The notes under the pieces are model-generated. The model made no database searches. It was not told where the DNA came from and saw nothing but the letters and a program-made list of their open reading frames with translations. Source: a virus (Duplodnaviria; Caudoviricetes). Taken from it: a DNA stretch of 40,899 bases. Below are positions 26,631-35,542 of this stretch, piece by piece. The stretch is from the IMG/VR virus record IMGVR_UViG_3300044701_000880, positions 1 to 40,899 of that record; one strand, 5' to 3'. Numbering within the stretch: position 1 is the first letter of the stretch; each line of letters starts with the position of its first letter. Both the position numbers and the translations under genes were made by a program.

Positions 26631-28180
26631 CAGTACAGACAGAACTAAGACGAGTTGTACAAACTGGTAACGGTGCTACCTCGACTTTCTATTTTAATGC
26701 CCCAGTCCTTGGTCTTGATGACTTAGATATTTATACTGTTACGACTGCTGGTGTACAAACACTTCAAACTAGGGGTGGTGCAGGTACCTTTGACTATACG
26801 ATGACGATTAATTCGTCAACAAAATACGCCACTATTACCTTAAACAATAACCTTACTAACTTGTTTAAGATCGTGATGCTGAGGTCTACTGCCATTACAC
26901 AAGGTGTAGACTATGTTGAAGGTGATCCATTCTTAGCTGAAACCCACGAAGGTGCCTTGGACCGCTTGACCATTATTGCTACGCAATTACAAGAGCAATT
27001 AGATCGTTCAGTTAAGGTTGTTGAAACTAGTACAACTACTGGAATTAAGATTGAAGAATTAGAAGCTGACAAGATCTTAGTGGTTAACTCAGCAGCTGAC
27101 GGCTTAACCATGGGACCTACTTTAGCTGAGGTTGATACAGTAGCTGATCACATAGCGGACGTTCAAACAGTAGCTGCAAGTATTTCTAGTGTAACCACTG
27201 TAGCATCAGACCTTAATGAAGCCGTATCAGAGATTAATACGGTAGCAGTTAACATCACTAACGTCAATAGCGTTGGTACCTATATCAGCAACGTAAATAC
27301 TGTAGCGACTGATATTGCCAATGTTAATACAGTGGCTGATGACCTTAATGAAGCCGTATCAGAGATTCATACCGTTGGTACAAATATTGCTAACGTCAAT
27401 ACTGTAGGTACTGACATTACTAATGTCAACACGGTTGCTAGCGGCATAAGTAATGTAAATACTGTAGCTACAAATATTGCTAACGTCAATACGGCAGCTA
27501 CAAATATTGCATCAATCAATACAAATGCGACAAATATTGCATCAATCAATACAAATGCGACAAATATTGTAGCAATTCAAAATGCCTCAACTAATGCAAC
27601 CAATGCGGCTAGTTCAGCAAGTGCCGCGTCTACAAGTGCAAGCAATGCGTCAACCAGCGCAACAAATGCGGCTAATAGCGCAACAGCGGCTGCTGCTGCT
27701 TTAGATGAATTTACCGATACTTACCTAGGTGCGTTTTCCACGGACCCAACTTTAGATAATGATGGTAATGCACTATCTGCCGGTGACTTATATTTCAATA
27801 CCGTTTCAAATCGCTTAAAGGTATATAGCGGATCTGCCTGGTCATTCGCGATTGTCGATACGTCAACTGTTGTTATCAAGACAAGCGCTACCGGATCTGC
27901 TATCATTCCATCTGGCGCCACGGGAGATCGAGACGGGACCCCAGCTAATGGTTATTTTAGGTATAACTCATCAGTAAATTCATTTGAGGGATATGTTAAT
28001 GGTGCCTGGGGCGGTGTCGGTGGCGCACAAGCTGGTGGTGTTATCTTTGAAAACTCATTAACGATTAGCGCAAACTACACGCTATCAACCAGCAAGAATG
28101 GATTGAGTGTAGGCCCGGTCACAATCAATAGCGGCGTATCGGTAACGGTACCAAGTGGACAAAGGTGGGTAATATTATGA
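26627..28180 (+). CDS. Tail fibre protein
   Basis: T7 gp17-like N-terminus (GNGATSTF, HEGALDRLT), 10-aa repeat stalk, GDLYFNT, FRYN..FEGY..GAWG. Confidence 0.85.
   Translation: MTVQTELRRVVQTGNGATSTFYFNAPVLGLDDLDIYTVTTAGVQTLQTRGGAGTFDYTMTINSSTKYATITLNNNLTNLFKIVMLRSTAITQGVDYVEGDPFLAETHEGALDRLTIIATQLQEQLDRSVKVVETSTTTGIKIEELEADKILVVNSAADGLTMGPTLAEVDTVADHIADVQTVAASISSVTTVASDLNEAVSEINTVAVNITNVNSVGTYISNVNTVATDIANVNTVADDLNEAVSEIHTVGTNIANVNTVGTDITNVNTVASGISNVNTVATNIANVNTAATNIASINTNATNIASINTNATNIVAIQNASTNATNAASSASAASTSASNASTSATNAANSATAAAAALDEFTDTYLGAFSTDPTLDNDGNALSAGDLYFNTVSNRLKVYSGSAWSFAIVDTSTVVIKTSATGSAIIPSGATGDRDGTPANGYFRYNSSVNSFEGYVNGAWGGVGGAQAGGVIFENSLTISANYTLSTSKNGLSVGPVTINSGVSVTVPSGQRWVIL
27131..27600 (+). 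repeat. 30-bp (10-aa) coding tandem repeats in tail fibre
   Basis: VNTVATNIAN-type units; exact 30-bp tandem at 27501-27560; exact 27-bp duplicate at 27209-27235 and 27341-27367. Confidence 0.85.
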
Positions 28181-28734
28181 GTATCATTCTTCAAGGAAGT
28201 ACGTCGGGTAGCGTTACATTACAAGAACCAGCCGTTGCTGGTACTACTGTATTGACCTTACCAGCCGTATCAGGAAATGTTCTTACAGATACATCACCTA
28301 AAGCTGGTAATGTGATTCAGGTGGTTAATGTTGATTATGGAACTGAAACTTCAAGCACATCTACATCTTTTGTCGATACTGGTTTAACAGCATCAATTAC
28401 ACCAACATCTGCAACTAGTAAGATTTTAATTATTTTTACTCAACAAGGTTGTGCAAGGTATTACGATGCTGGAAATGCAATTAGATTAAATTTATTGCGT
28501 AGTTCATCAATTATATTAAATGTTAATGATTTAGGTGGCTATACAGGTACTACTGATGTTAACAATATTTCAATGTCTGCATCGTATTTAGACAGCCCAG
28601 CAACAACATCATCAGTTACATATAAAACTCAATTTGCAGCAAGAATTTCTGGAAATTCTGTTTATGTGCAACAGTATGGAACTAATGCTAATTACACACG
28701 CTCAACAATGACTTTAATGGAGATTGCGGCATGA
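28177..28734 (+). CDS. Fibre-tip/receptor-binding-like protein, cassette 1
   Basis: GNVIQVV..SITPTSATSKILI..YLDSPATTSSVTYK..TLMEIAA; ATGA overlap start. Confidence 0.7.
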   Translation: MSIILQGSTSGSVTLQEPAVAGTTVLTLPAVSGNVLTDTSPKAGNVIQVVNVDYGTETSSTSTSFVDTGLTASITPTSATSKILIIFTQQGCARYYDAGNAIRLNLLRSSSIILNVNDLGGYTGTTDVNNISMSASYLDSPATTSSVTYKTQFAARISGNSVYVQQYGTNANYTRSTMTLMEIAA

Positions 28735-29006
28735 GAATAACAGAAGCTATTTATGCTCTTAATCCACAAGTAGTCCGCACAGTAGGCGAAACAGCTTACG
28801 ATGCAGACGGCAATGAAGTAGCTTATGACAAAGCTGCAGTACAGGCTTATGTAGATGCTCATGCTTATATTGCTAAACGAGCATCAGAATACCCAAGCAT
28901 CACCGATTACATTGATGGTGTAGTAAAGGGTGACCAAGCACAGATTGATAAATACATTGCTGACTGCTTGGCGGTCAAGGCTAAGTATCCGAAGGGAGTA
29001 GCATAA
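28731..29006 (+). CDS. Small chaperone-like partner, cassette 1
   Basis: AIYALNP..KRASEYPSI..VKAKYPK. Confidence 0.7.
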   Translation: MRITEAIYALNPQVVRTVGETAYDADGNEVAYDKAAVQAYVDAHAYIAKRASEYPSITDYIDGVVKGDQAQIDKYIADCLAVKAKYPKGVA

Positions 29007-29608
29007 TGGCCGTCATTATAAACGCAAGTACCAGCACAGGCCTGGTACAAAGTGCCGACACATCAGGCATTATCCAGTTTCAGTCTAACGGGTCAACGAA
29101 GGCCACGCTTAACTCGTCAGGATTCTCTTATCCTGGCGCCGTGTTGCAAGTGGTTAGCGCAACAAAGACTGACACATTTACAACAAATTCTTACAATACA
29201 TGGGTTGATGTTACTGGGCTTTCAGTAACCATTACGCCAGCATCAAGCTCAAACAAAATTTTAGTTTTTGCGGCTATAAATTATAGCGGGTCAAGTGCAT
29301 CAACTGGCGGAGCTTTGCGGTGCGTTCGTGGTAGTACCCCAATTGGTTCAAGTGACGCTTCAGGAAGTAAAACGTCTGCGTTTGGCGGTACAGAAGAAGT
29401 TGGTACCGCTGGAATATATTCCCAATTTGGTGTGCCATTTATTTATTTGGATTCGCCAGCAACAACATCAAGCACTACCTATAAAATTCAAGCAAATTTA
29501 ATTGATAATTATGGAACTTTAGTAATTAATCGAACTGGATACGATGGTGATACTATTTCGTTTCCAAGAAGCTCATCAGCTATTACAGTTATGGAGATAG
29601 CAGCATGA
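29006..29608 (+). CDS. Fibre-tip/receptor-binding-like protein, cassette 2
   Basis: GAVLQVV..TITPASSSNKILV..YLDSPATTSSTTYK..TVMEIAA. Confidence 0.7.
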   Translation: MAVIINASTSTGLVQSADTSGIIQFQSNGSTKATLNSSGFSYPGAVLQVVSATKTDTFTTNSYNTWVDVTGLSVTITPASSSNKILVFAAINYSGSSASTGGALRCVRGSTPIGSSDASGSKTSAFGGTEEVGTAGIYSQFGVPFIYLDSPATTSSTTYKIQANLIDNYGTLVINRTGYDGDTISFPRSSSAITVMEIAA

Positions 29609-29877
29609 ACCATAAAGCAATTTATAAACTCTACCCAACAGTTGTTACTGTTGATGACGGCACCGGCGCATTCGATAAAGACGGCAACAAGGTTGAGATT
29701 GACTTGGCATTAGTAAACGCTTGGGTCGATCCCGATGCTTACAAATTTGCAAGAGTAAAAGAATACCCATCCATCGGCGATCAGCTAGACGCATTGTGGA
29801 AAGGTGGCAACGACGCCGCTGAAATGCTTGCCAAGGTCCAGGCCGTCAAGGCCAAGTATCCGAAAGGAGTAGCATAA
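29605..29877 (+). CDS. Small chaperone-like partner, cassette 2
   Basis: AIYKLYP..RVKEYPSIGDQLDAL..VKAKYPK. Confidence 0.7.
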   Translation: MNHKAIYKLYPTVVTVDDGTGAFDKDGNKVEIDLALVNAWVDPDAYKFARVKEYPSIGDQLDALWKGGNDAAEMLAKVQAVKAKYPKGVA

Positions 29878-30404
29878 TGCCATTAGTCCTAAGTGGTGAC
29901 GGAATCACCAGCGACAACATTACAAGCCTGGCGGCGAGTAAGCTGACTGGCCAGGTGCCGGACGCGAATGCTCCGAGTGGGAGTGTTGTCCAGGTGGTGC
30001 AAACTGCATATACAACAGAAGATTCAACCACTACTGTTAGTCCATCTATGGCAGACACAGGATGTACGGCAACCATTACTCCAATTTCATCATCAAATAA
30101 AATTTTAGTTATGATGTCTTTGCCCACTCATCATGTGGCCGCGTCTCAAAATGCTCATGCTAGAATTATGCGCGGTAGTTCTGCCGCTTTTTCTGGAATC
30201 ACGGGGGATTATTGGTCAACTAGCGGAAGTGGTATTAGTGGAAATATCAATATTCAATGGCTAGATTCCCCAGCAACAACATCAGCAACAACATATACAG
30301 TTCAATTCTCTGTTAATGGTGGTGGAACCTTACGAATAAATAGGGATTATAGCGGCAATAATAATGGAGTTACTTATTTAACCTTGTTGGAGATTGCGGC
30401 ATGA
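29877..30404 (+). CDS. Fibre-tip/receptor-binding-like protein, cassette 3
   Basis: GSVVQVV..TITPISSSNKILV..WLDSPATTSATTY..TLLEIAA. Confidence 0.7.
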   Translation: MPLVLSGDGITSDNITSLAASKLTGQVPDANAPSGSVVQVVQTAYTTEDSTTTVSPSMADTGCTATITPISSSNKILVMMSLPTHHVAASQNAHARIMRGSSAAFSGITGDYWSTSGSGISGNINIQWLDSPATTSATTYTVQFSVNGGGTLRINRDYSGNNNGVTYLTLLEIAA

Positions 30405-30658
30405 ACCACGATGCTATATATAAACTAAATCCATCCGTAGTTACTATTCGTGGTGATAAGGCATACGATATTAACGATAACGAAGTTATATATGATAAAG
30501 CCGCAGTTAACGCCTGGGTCGATCCTGAGATTTACAAGTATCAACGCGCAAAAGAGTACCCCTCATTCGCAGAACAATTTGATACGCTTTATCACGGCGG
30601 CTATGACGCCTGGAAGGCGCAGATCGATGCAATCAAATTAAAGTATCCTAAAGTTTAA
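30401..30658 (+). CDS. Small chaperone-like partner, cassette 3
   Basis: AIYKLNP..RAKEYPSFAEQFDTL..IKLKYPK. Confidence 0.7.
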   Translation: MNHDAIYKLNPSVVTIRGDKAYDINDNEVIYDKAAVNAWVDPEIYKYQRAKEYPSFAEQFDTLYHGGYDAWKAQIDAIKLKYPKV

Positions 30659-30819
30659 TGATGAATGAAACAGAAGCACGTTTAAATAGTCACGAGGCGG
30701 TTTGTGAGCTGCGCTATGATAGCATTTGTGCAAGGTTAAAGCGCCTTGAACAGATCCTATTAGCTACTACTGCATTTATTATTGCCACGCTAATTGCGAT
30801 TGTACTGAAGTTAAATTGA
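30658..30819 (+). CDS. Small membrane protein (53 aa), XhlA/holin-like; not in ORF track
   Basis: Hand translation MMNETEARLNSHEAVCELRYDSICARLKRLEQILLATTAFIIATLIAIVLKLN; TAATG coupling. Confidence 0.7.
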   Translation: MMNETEARLNSHEAVCELRYDSICARLKRLEQILLATTAFIIATLIAIVLKLN

Positions 30820-30820
30820 T

Positions 30821-31276
30821 GTGGCGGACGAACTTGGACTATTAGCCGGGGCTAAAGGACTTAGCGAAGGGATTGCCACTGGTAGAAAAGCCGGTCAAGA
30901 GATTGCAAAGAATATTGAAGATGCCCAAAAAGAAGGCATTGAGTTAGCAAGAAAAAAGACGTTAGATCATATCCGTGAACGTAAGGAAGCGGAGTTTAGA
31001 AAAGAACGAGCAATATTTAAAGCTCTTGATGAGTACCGACAACGAAAGGTAATTAGTGATGAAGAACATCGTCTTAAAACTGATTTCATTAAAAAGTATG
31101 GCACAAAAGAGTGGGAGCAAGTTCTCAGAATTAAAACAGACATTGAAAAACTGGAAAGAGAAGATCAGCAGTTTTTTAACACGGAACTAAAAAAGGTACG
31201 GTTAGTCCAATGGTACTGTTTCCTTGCAGCCTTGATCGTAACCTTGTGGCTAAAATTTATTCTAGGCGTAATATGA
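30821..31276 (+). CDS. Coiled-coil protein with C-terminal TM segment (lysis region)
   Basis: Charged helix followed by LVQWYCFLAALIVTLWLKFILGVI. Confidence 0.7.
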   Translation: MADELGLLAGAKGLSEGIATGRKAGQEIAKNIEDAQKEGIELARKKTLDHIRERKEAEFRKERAIFKALDEYRQRKVISDEEHRLKTDFIKKYGTKEWEQVLRIKTDIEKLEREDQQFFNTELKKVRLVQWYCFLAALIVTLWLKFILGVI

Positions 31277-31368
31277 AGGACGATGACGACTTTAATATGT
31301 TTATGTGGGCTTGGGTTGTTGGAACTTGTTGGATAATCTTTGGTTTTTATTTAGCTTGGGGATCTTAA
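31273..31368 (+). CDS. 31-aa membrane peptide; not in ORF track
   Basis: MKDDDDFNMFMWAWVVGTCWIIFGFYLAWGS fills the gap exactly (ATGA overlap, stop abuts next ATG). Confidence 0.55.
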   Translation: MKDDDDFNMFMWAWVVGTCWIIFGFYLAWGS

Positions 31369-31872
31369 ATGGATGCATTATTAGGAATACTTAAGGGCGT
31401 TGCCCCTGTATTAGCAACTGCAGTTGCAGGACCTGCCGGTGGAGCTGCCGTAGGTTGGATCGCGTCTAAGTTAGGTATTCCAGACGATACAATCGAAGGG
31501 GTTACTCAAGCCCTGACCGGGAACCCTGAGATGGCCATGAAGCTTAAAGAACTAGATCTTGAGTATGCCAAGTTAGATGCCCAAGACCGTGATTCAGCTC
31601 GTAAAGCTTACGCTGCCGTAGCTACCAGTGAATATGCTACTAAACTAGAAAAGTCCGTTGTTCCTGTTCTAGCCTTAGGCGTGGTTGGTATTGCGTTCTT
31701 GTTGATCGGTGTCTTAATGTTTGTCGATACTCCGAATGACCAACAGCAATTAGTTATCTTTGCATTAGGCTTTATCACAAGTGCTGCGGGCCAGGTACTT
31801 TCTTTCTATTTTGGATCTAGTCAAGGCTCCAAGGACAAGACCGAAGAGATCAAAGGAATGATTAAAAAATGA
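31369..31872 (+). CDS. Holin-like membrane protein
   Basis: APVLATAVAGPAGG, QDRDSAR, two TM segments, SFYFGSS; adjacent to endolysin. Confidence 0.7.
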   Translation: MDALLGILKGVAPVLATAVAGPAGGAAVGWIASKLGIPDDTIEGVTQALTGNPEMAMKLKELDLEYAKLDAQDRDSARKAYAAVATSEYATKLEKSVVPVLALGVVGIAFLLIGVLMFVDTPNDQQQLVIFALGFITSAAGQVLSFYFGSSQGSKDKTEEIKGMIKK

Positions 31873-32300
31873 CGAAAATAACAGAACACTTTACGCTTGA
31901 AGAGCTTACTCATACTGACCATCGGCAATTTGATAACACGCCAAACGAATCAGAGTCCAAGAACCTTGAACGTTTAGCCCTGTTACTTGAGCAGGTTAAG
32001 GAGATCCTTGGTGGCAAACCCATCATGATCAACTCAGCTTTTCGCTGCAAGCAAGTCAATGATGCAGTAGGATCAAAGGACACTAGTCAGCACCGCATTG
32101 GTTGTGCTGCCGATATCCGTGTACCAGGGATGACTCCTGACGAGGTAGTAAAAGCAGTTATTGCTTCTGGTATTGGATATGATCAGATCATTCGCGAGTT
32201 TGACCGCTGGACACATATCAGTGTTCCAAACACCGTGGATACCGCGCCTCGTCGTCAGGCATTAATCATTGATAGAGCAGGAACCCGTGCATTTTCATAA
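31869..32300 (+). CDS. Endolysin, peptidase M15 family
   Basis: HFTLEEL, INSAFRC, SQHRIGCAAD, WTHIS zinc ligands. Confidence 0.9.
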   Translation: MTKITEHFTLEELTHTDHRQFDNTPNESESKNLERLALLLEQVKEILGGKPIMINSAFRCKQVNDAVGSKDTSQHRIGCAADIRVPGMTPDEVVKAVIASGIGYDQIIREFDRWTHISVPNTVDTAPRRQALIIDRAGTRAFS

Positions 32301-32314
32301 CCAAGGAGTTAATC

Positions 32315-32464
32315 ATGCCAGCTAAACAAGGACTATACGCAAACATTCACGCTAAACGTGAACGGATTAAAGAAGGTTCAGGCGAAAAGATGCGTAAACC
32401 AGGAACCAAAGGCGCACCTACCGCTAAGGATTTTAAAGACTCGGCTAAGACTGCAAAAAAATAA
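32315..32464 (+). CDS. Small basic protein (49 aa); not in ORF track
   Basis: MPAKQGLYANIHAKRERIKEGSGEKMRKPGTKGAPTAKDFKDSAKTAKK; AAGGAG RBS. Confidence 0.8.
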   Translation: MPAKQGLYANIHAKRERIKEGSGEKMRKPGTKGAPTAKDFKDSAKTAKK

Positions 32465-32472
32465 GGACAACT

Positions 32473-32622
32473 ATGGCAACTAAAGGCGAAAAGAAAGTAG
32501 CAAAGGTTATGCGTGAATTTAAAGGTGGTACACTTCATTCTGGCAAAGGTGGTCCTGTAGTTAAGAATCAAAAACAGGCCGTAGCAATCGCCTTATCAGA
32601 AGCTAGGAAAGCCAAGCGCTAA
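32473..32622 (+). CDS. Small basic protein (49 aa), DUF6496-like; not in ORF track
   Basis: MATKGEKKVAKVMREFKGGTLHSGKGGPVVKNQKQAVAIALSEARKAKR; TAAGGA RBS. Confidence 0.8.
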   Translation: MATKGEKKVAKVMREFKGGTLHSGKGGPVVKNQKQAVAIALSEARKAKR

Positions 32623-34051
32623 TATCCTCGCCAAGGACTTGGGCAGCAATGTTCTTCTTTGCTCTCAAGGCCTTGATGATCTTCTCATCAATCGTACCAG
32701 CTACGGTAAGGTCAACATAGTTCACTGACTTGGTTTGACCGATCCGGTGGGCACGGTCCTCTGATTGTAGGCGATGCTCAAGGTTATAACTATTTGAATA
32801 GTAGACCACGGTCGTTGCTGCGGTCAAGGTAATACCATAGCCTCCCGTCGACGGGTTACCTATAAAGTATCTTACACTGGGATCCTCTTGGAAACGCTTA
32901 ACTGCGTCAGACCTATCATCTGTACTAGTGTCGCCAAAGTAACTAACCACGGACTGCGGACCATAGATCTCCTTTAACTTAGCTTGAATGGTCTTGATGT
33001 CTTCTACATACGTAGCCCAAATGATTACTTTATCATCAGCTTCCTCTAGTACATCAACTAGTTCTGTTAACCGATTGTTAGGTACCTTAATGATCTCGCC
33101 ATCGTCACTCTTAAAATGTCCGCAGGTAATCTGATGCAGTCGAAGGATCTGGGTTAATACATTGTCAATGGTTAAGACCTTACCTTTAAGCACGGCAACG
33201 GCAATGTCAGCTACTTGTTTATATAGTTGTTTCTGTTCCTTGGTTAGTTCAACATATCTATATTGATAGATTTTTGCTGGTAAGTCTAGACAATCTACCT
33301 TCTTAACCCTGTAACTAAAACTCTGTAACGACTTAGTCAACTCATCTAGCTTTCTAAACCCAGTGATCTTCTTAAAGCTGCGGTTGCCAGCCTTGATATC
33401 AACCATGATAGCATAGCGGTTTCTAAAGGTGTAGTAACTGCTAAAGCCTAACAGATGCGGGTTCAAGAACTGGGCTTGACTGTAGATGTCTAATGGACTA
33501 CGGGTCACTGGTTCACCAGTAAGGATACGTCGATACTTGGCATGCATACCGGTCTTGATTACATTCTTTGTGCGCTGTGCTCCTGGGTTCTTAATCGTAG
33601 TTGATTCGTCAACTACCATGATTGTACGTCCGCCAACGTCCATAAATAGCCTGGCAAACTTTGTACCCTTGTCCGTGCTAAAGGCTTCAACGTTCATGAC
33701 TAAGATTCTTAGATCATCTGATTGCTTTAGGATCTGGTCTAATGCCTCTTGTTCTGCCTTTCTAGGTGCTGCATGCCAAGATGCGACCTGATACCTAACA
33801 TGGTCAGGCAAGTGCGTTGGTATCTCCTTGGTAATCCAGTTCATATAGACACCCTTGGGCGCGACAATAAGAGCTGACTGAATCCGACCTGAATCATAAA
33901 GATACGAAATTGAATCAATTGCTACCTTTGTCTTGCCTGTTCCCATCTCCATAAACAAAGCAAACTCATCTTTATCCTTTGACATGTCCCAGGCTTTGGC
34001 TTGATGTGCGTATGGCTTTGTCTTAAAAGGATAAGCGTTACTATTCTCCAT
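32603..34051 (-). CDS. SNF2-like SF2 helicase
   Basis: PYAHQ, MEMGTGKT, VVDES, LTGEP, QSEDRAHRIGQ. Confidence 0.93.
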   Translation of the reverse strand: MENSNAYPFKTKPYAHQAKAWDMSKDKDEFALFMEMGTGKTKVAIDSISYLYDSGRIQSALIVAPKGVYMNWITKEIPTHLPDHVRYQVASWHAAPRKAEQEALDQILKQSDDLRILVMNVEAFSTDKGTKFARLFMDVGGRTIMVVDESTTIKNPGAQRTKNVIKTGMHAKYRRILTGEPVTRSPLDIYSQAQFLNPHLLGFSSYYTFRNRYAIMVDIKAGNRSFKKITGFRKLDELTKSLQSFSYRVKKVDCLDLPAKIYQYRYVELTKEQKQLYKQVADIAVAVLKGKVLTIDNVLTQILRLHQITCGHFKSDDGEIIKVPNNRLTELVDVLEEADDKVIIWATYVEDIKTIQAKLKEIYGPQSVVSYFGDTSTDDRSDAVKRFQEDPSVRYFIGNPSTGGYGITLTAATTVVYYSNSYNLEHRLQSEDRAHRIGQTKSVNYVDLTVAGTIDEKIIKALRAKKNIAAQVLGEDISAWLS

Positions 34052-34081
34052 AATTAATCCCGTTCTCTCGGTTAATCCTAG

Positions 34082-35542
34082 TTATCCGATTTCGTAAAAA
34101 AGGTTGGTTTGAGGTTGAATTAGGTGCAAATTCTGTTTTGCCCTAGTCATTCCCACGTAAAATACCCGAGCTTCATCGTCTGGGTACTGTTGCATATATT
34201 TGTACGACCTTGCAGCCATGTCAGTTAGAATTAAAACATTGTCTGCCTCACCGCCTTTGACGGCGTGGATCGTATTGATCTTGATCCGTGGATCAGCGGT
34301 TAAGCTTTCACCTTGCCTGCGTGCAGCAATGTAATACTCGCGTTCGGCGGCGGAGATGTAAGTTAAACGCTCGTGCCAGATTCCAGGTTCTAACTTAATG
34401 TCAGTTAAAGAATAGGTACGTTCCTTATCAGTTCGTTTTCTAAGACCCATGAACCGGTAAACTAGCTTTAATGCTTCACCATTAATGCGTTCACCTTTAC
34501 ATAGCCTAGTCCAATTAACAATGGCCTTTAATGAATCATTCTGTAAAGGAGACTTCTTCATACTCTCAAACGGATAACCAGACTTCAAACAGGTTTCTTC
34601 AAGTTGTCTTGTGAGATAGGCGTTACGTGCGAGTAAGAGCCATTGTCCTTTGCTGAAGTCGACGGCATCTGGTGTAAAGTGCCAGTTAACGTTACCTTGT
34701 ATCTCTGCTGGTTTGAATCGTTTGGGCACTCGGTTCTGGATACATGAGAGGAGATTAGTTGCCACCGCATGCACTGCCCTGGGCACCCGATAAGACTGAT
34801 CGAGGATAACACGGCGTCCGGGTAGATGTATAAGTCTTTCAACATCGGCTCCGGCCCATCGATAGATAGCTTGATCGTCGTCACCTGCGACATATTTGTC
34901 CTCCACGTTAGTTGTTAATTTTTCAACGAAGTCCCACTGTAAGGCAGATAGATCTTGGGCTTCATCGACAAATACAGAATCTAGTTTAGGACTATGACCA
35001 TGTTCTAACCACTGTTCTAACAGATCTGTAAAGTCGTGCAGCTTGTGGATCTTCTTGTATTGCTTCAAGGTCCGTGAAACCCGGTCTAGTTCGTTCCAAT
35101 CAATCTCATCGTCGCCAGATTCCTCATAGATCTTTCGTAAAGGTTTACGCGTAATCCTAGCTAGATTGTCTAAGAAGAAATACCGGTCGCCAAGCGGCAT
35201 CCCCTGTAATAGACCATCTTCATTGTTAAACGAACCACTGACCTCGATCCCTAGCTTTTCACCTAGTTCGGTATAGTTAGTACGTTGCAGCATGCCAGAG
35301 GGTTTCATCCCTAGTTGCATAAAGGCAAGACTATGAATGGTTCTGAAGTACGGCATATCATCAGCGGTAAAGCCAAACCGTTCGGCTGCCCTAGTCCTAG
35401 CTTCATTTGCTGCCTTACGCGTAAAGGCGATATACCCAATTCGATTAGGTGAGATACCGCGCTCTAAACGTTCTTCAATAAACCGCATACCAGTCGTGGT
35501 CTTGCCTGTGCCTGGTGGTCCGAAGACAATGGTCCACGTCAA
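34082..35542 (-). CDS. UvrD/Rep-like SF1 helicase
   Basis: GPPGTGKT, VDEAQD, GDDDQAIY, QSYR, TIHAVKGGE, YVGMTRA. Confidence 0.93.
   Translation of the reverse strand: MTWTIVFGPPGTGKTTTGMRFIEERLERGISPNRIGYIAFTRKAANEARTRAAERFGFTADDMPYFRTIHSLAFMQLGMKPSGMLQRTNYTELGEKLGIEVSGSFNNEDGLLQGMPLGDRYFFLDNLARITRKPLRKIYEESGDDEIDWNELDRVSRTLKQYKKIHKLHDFTDLLEQWLEHGHSPKLDSVFVDEAQDLSALQWDFVEKLTTNVEDKYVAGDDDQAIYRWAGADVERLIHLPGRRVILDQSYRVPRAVHAVATNLLSCIQNRVPKRFKPAEIQGNVNWHFTPDAVDFSKGQWLLLARNAYLTRQLEETCLKSGYPFESMKKSPLQNDSLKAIVNWTRLCKGERINGEALKLVYRFMGLRKRTDKERTYSLTDIKLEPGIWHERLTYISAAEREYYIAARRQGESLTADPRIKINTIHAVKGGEADNVLILTDMAARSYKYMQQYPDDEARVFYVGMTRAKQNLHLIQPQTNLFYEIG

Noticed and set aside
27209-27570. CRISPR-like repeat/spacer array
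   Set aside because: The repeats are in-frame coding units of the fibre with no unique spacers.
26627-30658. Diversity-generating retroelement as in BPP-1
   Set aside because: No reverse transcriptase and no TR/VR pair with adenine-specific mismatches was seen.
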